Shown here piece by piece: positions 27,748 through 32,000 of a stretch of 32,000 bases of DNA. The notes beneath the pieces are model-generated. The model ran no database searches, was not told where the DNA came from, and saw only the letters and a list, made by a program, of their open reading frames with translations. Origin of the DNA: Vulcanisaeta distributa DSM 14429 (lineage in GTDB: Archaea; Thermoproteota; Thermoprotei; Thermoproteales; Thermocladiaceae); the NCBI RefSeq assembly GCF_000148385.1, contig NC_014537.1, positions 1,110,001 to 1,142,000 on the forward strand, read 5' to 3'. Within the stretch, counting starts at the first letter, position 1. Every line of letters begins with the position of its first letter. Position numbers and translations under genes: made by a program.

Positions 27748-28107
27748 ATGGAGAGTGAGTTAATCCTTGAGGTTAAGGATCTTGGAAACATAGTGATTAA
27801 GTTGGAGCCAGCTCTGTCACCACTGACCTACGCCAGATTAGGTAAGTCATTACCAATCAGGGCGAATGCAATTAAATATAGCCAAGTCATATTGATACCC
27901 CTGGATTTAGGCCTAGTGAGTGAGGGTAAAAGAACTAGTTTAAAGCCGTATGAGGTTGGTTACTGGGTTAAGAAGAGAAGCCTAGTAATCGCCCTAGGTA
28001 ATGTTGATCTTGGTGAGCAGGTGAATGTGTTAGGTTACGTAATTAACGGTGCCGAACTTCTTGGTAAATTGAATGGTGGTTATTCCATAAGGATCTCGAT
28101 TAGGTAA
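27748..28107 (+). CDS. Cyclophilin-like (TM1367-type) small beta-barrel protein
   Basis: 119 aa from ATG 27748 (the ORF track starts at GTG 27736). The pattern ...LPIRANAIKYSQVILIPLDLGL...PYEVGYWVKKRSLVIALGN......VNVLGYVINGAELLGKL..G..IRISI resembles the Cyclophil_like family (GdvaYW.pG.al.ifyg.....pv..iGkv..g.e.l). Confidence 0.45.
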   Translation: MESELILEVKDLGNIVIKLEPALSPLTYARLGKSLPIRANAIKYSQVILIPLDLGLVSEGKRTSLKPYEVGYWVKKRSLVIALGNVDLGEQVNVLGYVINGAELLGKLNGGYSIRISIR

Positions 28108-28160
28108 CTAGGATTAAGCTTTTAAAGGGTTAGGGAAGTACCGAATACGGCGAAAGAAGT

Positions 28161-28448
28161 ATGAGCACACCACAGCAGGAAACCACAATACTAGTGGGTA
28201 AAAAACCAACTACAAGCTATGTGATAGCTACGGTAATGAGTTTCAATGCGGGGGCTAAGAAGGTAATACTGAAGGCTAGAGGCGGTGCGATAGCCAGGGC
28301 AGTATCAACGGCGGTAATGATAAGGGATAGGTTCCTACCAAACCAGGTAAGGATAGCCGACATAAAGCTACTAACCGACAAGGTAACTGGGCAGGGAGGC
28401 AAAGAGAGATCCGTAGCAGCCATCGAAATAGTGCTTGAGAGGGTATAA
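28161..28448 (+). CDS. albA: Alba (Sac10b) chromatin/RNA-binding protein
   Basis: 95 aa. ILVGKKPTTSYVIATVMSFNAGAKKVILKARGGAIARAVSTAVMIRDRF...IEIVLERV is a typical Alba sequence. A TATA-like GCTTTTAAAGG lies at 28118-28128. Confidence 0.9.
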   Translation: MSTPQQETTILVGKKPTTSYVIATVMSFNAGAKKVILKARGGAIARAVSTAVMIRDRFLPNQVRIADIKLLTDKVTGQGGKERSVAAIEIVLERV

Positions 28449-28529
28449 GCGAAATAAGTACCATGAGCTGCTTCAAAAATCAAGTAAAATAATTACACAA
28501 TCAATTCAATTATTTCATTTTCACCTTAC

Positions 28530-29093
28530 TTAGTCATTTTTAGTCATTTCAAGGAGATAACTCCTAATCTCCTCAAGTAATGTAACGAGAACGAATAATG
28601 CACTCCTCCTGTTGGTAGCTATTAATGGCATGACCTTAACCTCATAGGGAACCTTCAATATACTCTTAATGGTAAGTATGTCCACGGCAGTGGGTACATC
28701 CTGCTTATTCGCAGCAATCACATGAGGCGTTGATGGAAAGTTTTCCCTGAAGAAATTATACATTCCCAACGCCTCCTTAACCTTCTCCTCGCTTGAACTA
28801 TCAACGATGAATAGGTAGCCATGCATACCCCTGGCAATTATCTTCCACATGAAGCTAAACCTCTCCTGACCAGGTACGCCAAATAGATGCACGACTAGGT
28901 CCTCCCTAACCTTCATTCGACCATAATCAAAAGCTACCGTAGTACTTTTCTTACCATCATTTGAACTCTTCGTTATTGGAACATCAGTCTCGATAGGCAA
29001 CACCTCACTTAGTGTTTTAACGAATGTGGTTTTACCAGCACCATACGGGCCAGCAATCACGATCTTTATTGTCTTTATTGGCATAATGCCCAC
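28530..29093 (-). CDS. MglA-like small GTPase (Ras superfamily)
   Basis: G1 is IVIAGPYGAGKTTF. G3 is HLFGVPGQERF, with no Asp at the DxxGQ position, as in MglA-type GTPases. G4 is AANKQD. The start may be the internal ATG at 29081 (MPIKTIKIV). Confidence 0.8.
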   Translation of the reverse strand: MGIMPIKTIKIVIAGPYGAGKTTFVKTLSEVLPIETDVPITKSSNDGKKSTTVAFDYGRMKVREDLVVHLFGVPGQERFSFMWKIIARGMHGYLFIVDSSSEEKVKEALGMYNFFRENFPSTPHVIAANKQDVPTAVDILTIKSILKVPYEVKVMPLIATNRRSALFVLVTLLEEIRSYLLEMTKND

Positions 29094-29094
29094 C

Positions 29095-29592
29095 TCATAT
29101 AACGGCTTTACTCTTTATGAAATTGATCACATCCTCAATATCCTTTGGCGTAATTTCTACATTGATTACCTCTATTATCTCCTCCTCACTAACGCTGAGA
29201 AGTTTCCTTAATAGGTCGTATAACTTATCGGTGTATTTCTCGAGTATTATCCTGATAAGGCCTATTGACGCCTCAGAATTAATTATAACCATGATGTAAC
29301 CCGCATCTCTAATATTCATTAATTGAATAATACCATCAACGCCCTGCATCAATACGTAATTAACATTACCAATGGGTAACGCAGATACTAATCCCTTTAA
29401 TGATGATATAAACCTTGGGGCTGCAAAGAATGTATTACCAGCGTTAATTAGGATGGTATTAGTGACATAGGTTATTACAGTACCCTCCCTATCCATTATA
29501 TAAACAGCCCTTATCTGATCAGGGCTTTCCGAAATAATCTCCTCAGCCGATGACCTAACCTCATTTATGATTCTTTGAATATCACTATTCAC
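29095..29592 (-). CDS. Roadblock/LC7-domain protein (MglB-like), coupled to the GTPase
   Basis: 165 aa with a GTG start. The stop lies 1 nt before the GTPase ORF. The alpha-beta-alpha pattern AVYIMDREGTVITYV...NYVLMQGVDGIIQLMNIRDAGYIMVIINSEASIGLIRIIL is typical of Roadblock/LC7, followed by an acidic C-terminal extension. Confidence 0.6.
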   Translation of the reverse strand: MNSDIQRIINEVRSSAEEIISESPDQIRAVYIMDREGTVITYVTNTILINAGNTFFAAPRFISSLKGLVSALPIGNVNYVLMQGVDGIIQLMNIRDAGYIMVIINSEASIGLIRIILEKYTDKLYDLLRKLLSVSEEEIIEVINVEITPKDIEDVINFIKSKAVI

Positions 29593-29731
29593 AATCCTTT
29601 CTATTTATTATAATTTTTAAATCTTTCGATTTTTCTTATTACAGACAAAGGTAATCGTATTTTCAACTCCATTAGCAACACCCACTATATGCATAATAAG
29701 TTTTTTAAATGCATGGTGCGGGTTAATACGG

Positions 29732-30076
29732 ATGATAACAATAAAGGGTTACGTAGTAAGTAAGACATTGGTTAATGACCCAACAGGCGGCAAGATGATA
29801 GCAATACAAATTGTTGAGGAGAGGGAGACGCCTGGCCCGGTCATTACTGGTACTGATGAGACGTCGCAAATGATGAGGGATGTGATGCCCCTCGTTCAGC
29901 AGTTACTTAGGTCTATGCCTATGGTTGGTCCATTAATGAGCGGTAAGGTTCCAATACCAAGGCTCCTAATTTGGCTTAATGAGGATGAGGCTGAGGCATT
30001 AGGCCCTAGGTTGGATGTGGGTGATGCGGTGGAGATTAGGATAGATAACGGGAAGTTGGAATTAGTTAAGGTTTAA
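29732..30076 (+). CDS. Hypothetical conserved protein
   Basis: 114 aa. A TATA-like TTTTTTAAAT lies about 27 nt upstream of ATG 29732. No recognisable motif. Confidence 0.5.
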   Translation: MITIKGYVVSKTLVNDPTGGKMIAIQIVEERETPGPVITGTDETSQMMRDVMPLVQQLLRSMPMVGPLMSGKVPIPRLLIWLNEDEAEALGPRLDVGDAVEIRIDNGKLELVKV

Positions 30077-30080
30077 TTTA

Positions 30081-30434
30081 TTATATCTTTACATCAAACT
30101 CCCTGCTTAAATTAAGTAAGTCCTTAAGTTTAATCCTTACATGCTTTCCATTCGGCAATGTCCTAACTATGATAAATGGAAGTAATCCCCTACGAACCTC
30201 CTCCATCGCTATGTCTATTGGATCGAACGTACCCAGCTCCTGTGGATTAATGAGTGGTTGAGCTCCCATGGCTAATTGCTTTGCCCTTGCCGCCACTATC
30301 CTGGCAAGTTCATACTTAGTTATCCTGGGTGGATATGTTAGCTTACCCTTAATTAAGTCACTAATTGTGTTTAAAATGCTCGCTAATGTATCCTCCTTAA
30401 GGATTGAGTTCGAGGCTTGATTTGATGATGACAT
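30081..30434 (-). CDS. rpoK: DNA-directed RNA polymerase subunit K (Rpo6/RpoK)
   Basis: 117 aa. RITKYELARIVAARAKQLAMGAQPLI...DPIDIAMEEVRRGLLPFIIVRTLPNG matches the Rpo6/omega-like consensus. Confidence 0.8.
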   Translation of the reverse strand: MSSSNQASNSILKEDTLASILNTISDLIKGKLTYPPRITKYELARIVAARAKQLAMGAQPLINPQELGTFDPIDIAMEEVRRGLLPFIIVRTLPNGKHVRIKLKDLLNLSREFDVKI

Positions 30435-30491
30435 TGGAGAATACGGAAATAAAATCGTTTAAAAATCTAACTTTATGAATGCCAAATTTTA

Positions 30492-32000
30492 TTATTCAGA
30501 CGATTTCGACTCGCTTTCCTCTCCGCCGCTCTCGGTCTTTGACTTGCCGGTACCACCTGTCTTTGTTTGGGCTGCGGCTACAATATCGTCAATCCTAAGT
30601 ATCATTATTGCTGCCTCAGCGGCACTCCTAATTACGTGCGTCTTAACTAGGAGTGGGTCAACGACATTTATCTTAGCCATATTCGCGACCTTACCGCTTA
30701 ACACATCAACGCCAGCATCAACCTCACCAGCATCATGCCTCCTCCTTAACTCAGCAATTGCATCCACTGGGTCTAAACCGGCGGTTAGGGCTAGTATTGT
30801 TGGTATGTGCTCAAGGGCCTCGGCAAACTTAAGCACGGCTAACTGCTCCTTGCCAGGTAACTTCCTACCCCACTCCCTAAGTCTTCTCGCAATCTCCATC
30901 TCAAAGGCTCCACCACCAGGTACGATCTTAGGCTCCCTGTATAGGTCCCTAATTACATGAAGCGCATCCTGCATTGATCTCTCGGCCTCATCAAGGATCC
31001 TATCCGCTGCACCCCTAAGTAGTATCGTGACTGCCCTCGGGTTCGGACACTGCTCGACAAACACCATCTTCTCCTCACCAACCTTCCTCTCCTCAACAAG
31101 CCCAGCAGTGCCAAGGTCCTCGGGCCTTATATCCTTAATACTGGTAACTATCTTAGCTCCAGTGGCCTTAGCAAGCTTCTCAATGTCGCTCCTCTTAACC
31201 CTCCTAACAGCCATAATACCCTTCTTAGCCAGGTAGTGCTGGGCAACCTCGTCAATTCCCTTCTGCGTTATAACTACATTAGCGCCGATCTCGGCGAGCT
31301 TATCAACGTAGGACTTCAGTATGTTGGACTCCTCCTCAAGGAATGCCTTTATCTGCTGTGGCGATGAGACTGATATCTTCGTAGTCCACTCAGGTTTCTC
31401 AATCTCAAGCGGCGCATCTAGGACTGCGATCTTAGCGTTAACAACCCTCTTGGGCATCCCTGGGTGAACAACCTCCTTATCAAGCACAATACCCTGTATT
31501 AGCTGGGTCTCAAAGAGTGACTGGCCCTTCTTCTTCTCGATCTTAATCCAGTCTAGGTCGAGGTTATACTTATCGCCGATTTTCTCCACGGCTATGGCGG
31601 ATGCATCAACGGCAATTTTCGCTAGGTAGTCCCTGGCCTCGGCAACGATCTTACTACTTAATGAGTTCATTGCGACTAGGGCCAGTTGGTTCTTGTCCTC
31701 AACATTTATTGGCTGTGCAATCTCATTGGCGACTTGTATTGCGTAATCCATGGCCTTCTTATAACCATCAATGATTATTGTCGGGTGAATACCCTCGTCA
31801 AGGAGCTCCTCCGCAAGTTCCAGCAACCTGCCTGCCAGCACAACCGCCGTTGTTGTTCCATCACCAACCTCCGCGTCCTGGGCCTTGGCAACCTCAATTA
31901 GTAGCTTAGCAGCTGGGTGTTGAACCTCCATCTCCTTTAGTATTGCGGCTCCATCGCCCGTTATTGTTACGTCACCAAAGGCATCAATGAGCATCTTATC
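30492..32000 (-). CDS. ths: Thermosome (group II chaperonin) subunit, N-terminus beyond the right window edge
   Basis: [35 protein letters not shown] (nucleotide-binding GDGTTT), [13 protein letters not shown], and a Gly/Ser/Glu-rich C-terminal tail. The frame remains open to nt 32000. Confidence 0.95.
   Translation of the reverse strand, partial: DKMLIDAFGDVTITGDGAAILKEMEVQHPAAKLLIEVAKAQDAEVGDGTTTAVVLAGRLLELAEELLDEGIHPTIIIDGYKKAMDYAIQVANEIAQPINVEDKNQLALVAMNSLSSKIVAEARDYLAKIAVDASAIAVEKIGDKYNLDLDWIKIEKKKGQSLFETQLIQGIVLDKEVVHPGMPKRVVNAKIAVLDAPLEIEKPEWTTKISVSSPQQIKAFLEEESNILKSYVDKLAEIGANVVITQKGIDEVAQHYLAKKGIMAVRRVKRSDIEKLAKATGAKIVTSIKDIRPEDLGTAGLVEERKVGEEKMVFVEQCPNPRAVTILLRGAADRILDEAERSMQDALHVIRDLYREPKIVPGGGAFEMEIARRLREWGRKLPGKEQLAVLKFAEALEHIPTILALTAGLDPVDAIAELRRRHDAGEVDAGVDVLSGKVANMAKINVVDPLLVKTHVIRSAAEAAIMILRIDDIVAAAQTKTGGTGKSKTESGGEESESKSSE

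Noticed and set aside
30475-30960. 161-aa + strand ORF overlapping the thermosome 3' region
   Set aside because: It is antisense to an unambiguous thermosome gene, and its Ala/Ser/Leu-rich composition is typical of a shadow ORF.

Overview
This window looks like chromosomal DNA from a crenarchaeon of the Thermoproteales type. The support is a crenactin gene with arcadin-like neighbours, Alba, a group II chaperonin, RpoK/Rpo6, and AT-rich TATA-like boxes about 25-40 nt upstream of start codons. A Vulcanisaeta/Caldivirga-like origin is only a guess. I found no rRNA, tRNA, CRISPR array or intact IS element. The right third (21.7-32 kb) is conserved core: a DapA/KDG-aldolase-family enzyme, an apparently complete crenactin-arcadin ('arcade') cluster including a Rad50-like ATPase with a CxxC hook, a cyclophilin-like protein, Alba, an MglA-like GTPase plus Roadblock/LC7 pair, RpoK, and a thermosome subunit truncated by the window edge. 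The left two thirds (1-21.6 kb) looks accessory and mosaic. It holds the tail of a type III-B cmr module (a cmr3-like gene), a P-loop ATPase broken into four ORFs, and a 0.75-kb AT-rich non-coding stretch. It also holds a PaREP1-like gene, an isochorismatase-family gene with two compensating frameshifts, a membrane protein plus MFS transporter pair, and a coiled-coil/nuclease-like gene. Further genes there are an orphan hyuB, an orphan minimal nucleotidyltransferase, several Tyr/Asn/Gly-rich secreted proteins and a DUF99-like gene. The best candidate for an undescribed system is a tightly coupled three-gene operon at 10.7-15.7 kb. It encodes a 1141-aa single-P-loop AAA+ (ORC/Cdc6-like) protein with HTH and coiled-coil extensions, a 217-aa protein of unknown type, and a NurA-like nuclease, with no HerA, Mre11 or Rad50 partner in the operon. 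All family assignments are by-eye motif recognition on the supplied translations; none has been confirmed by a database search.
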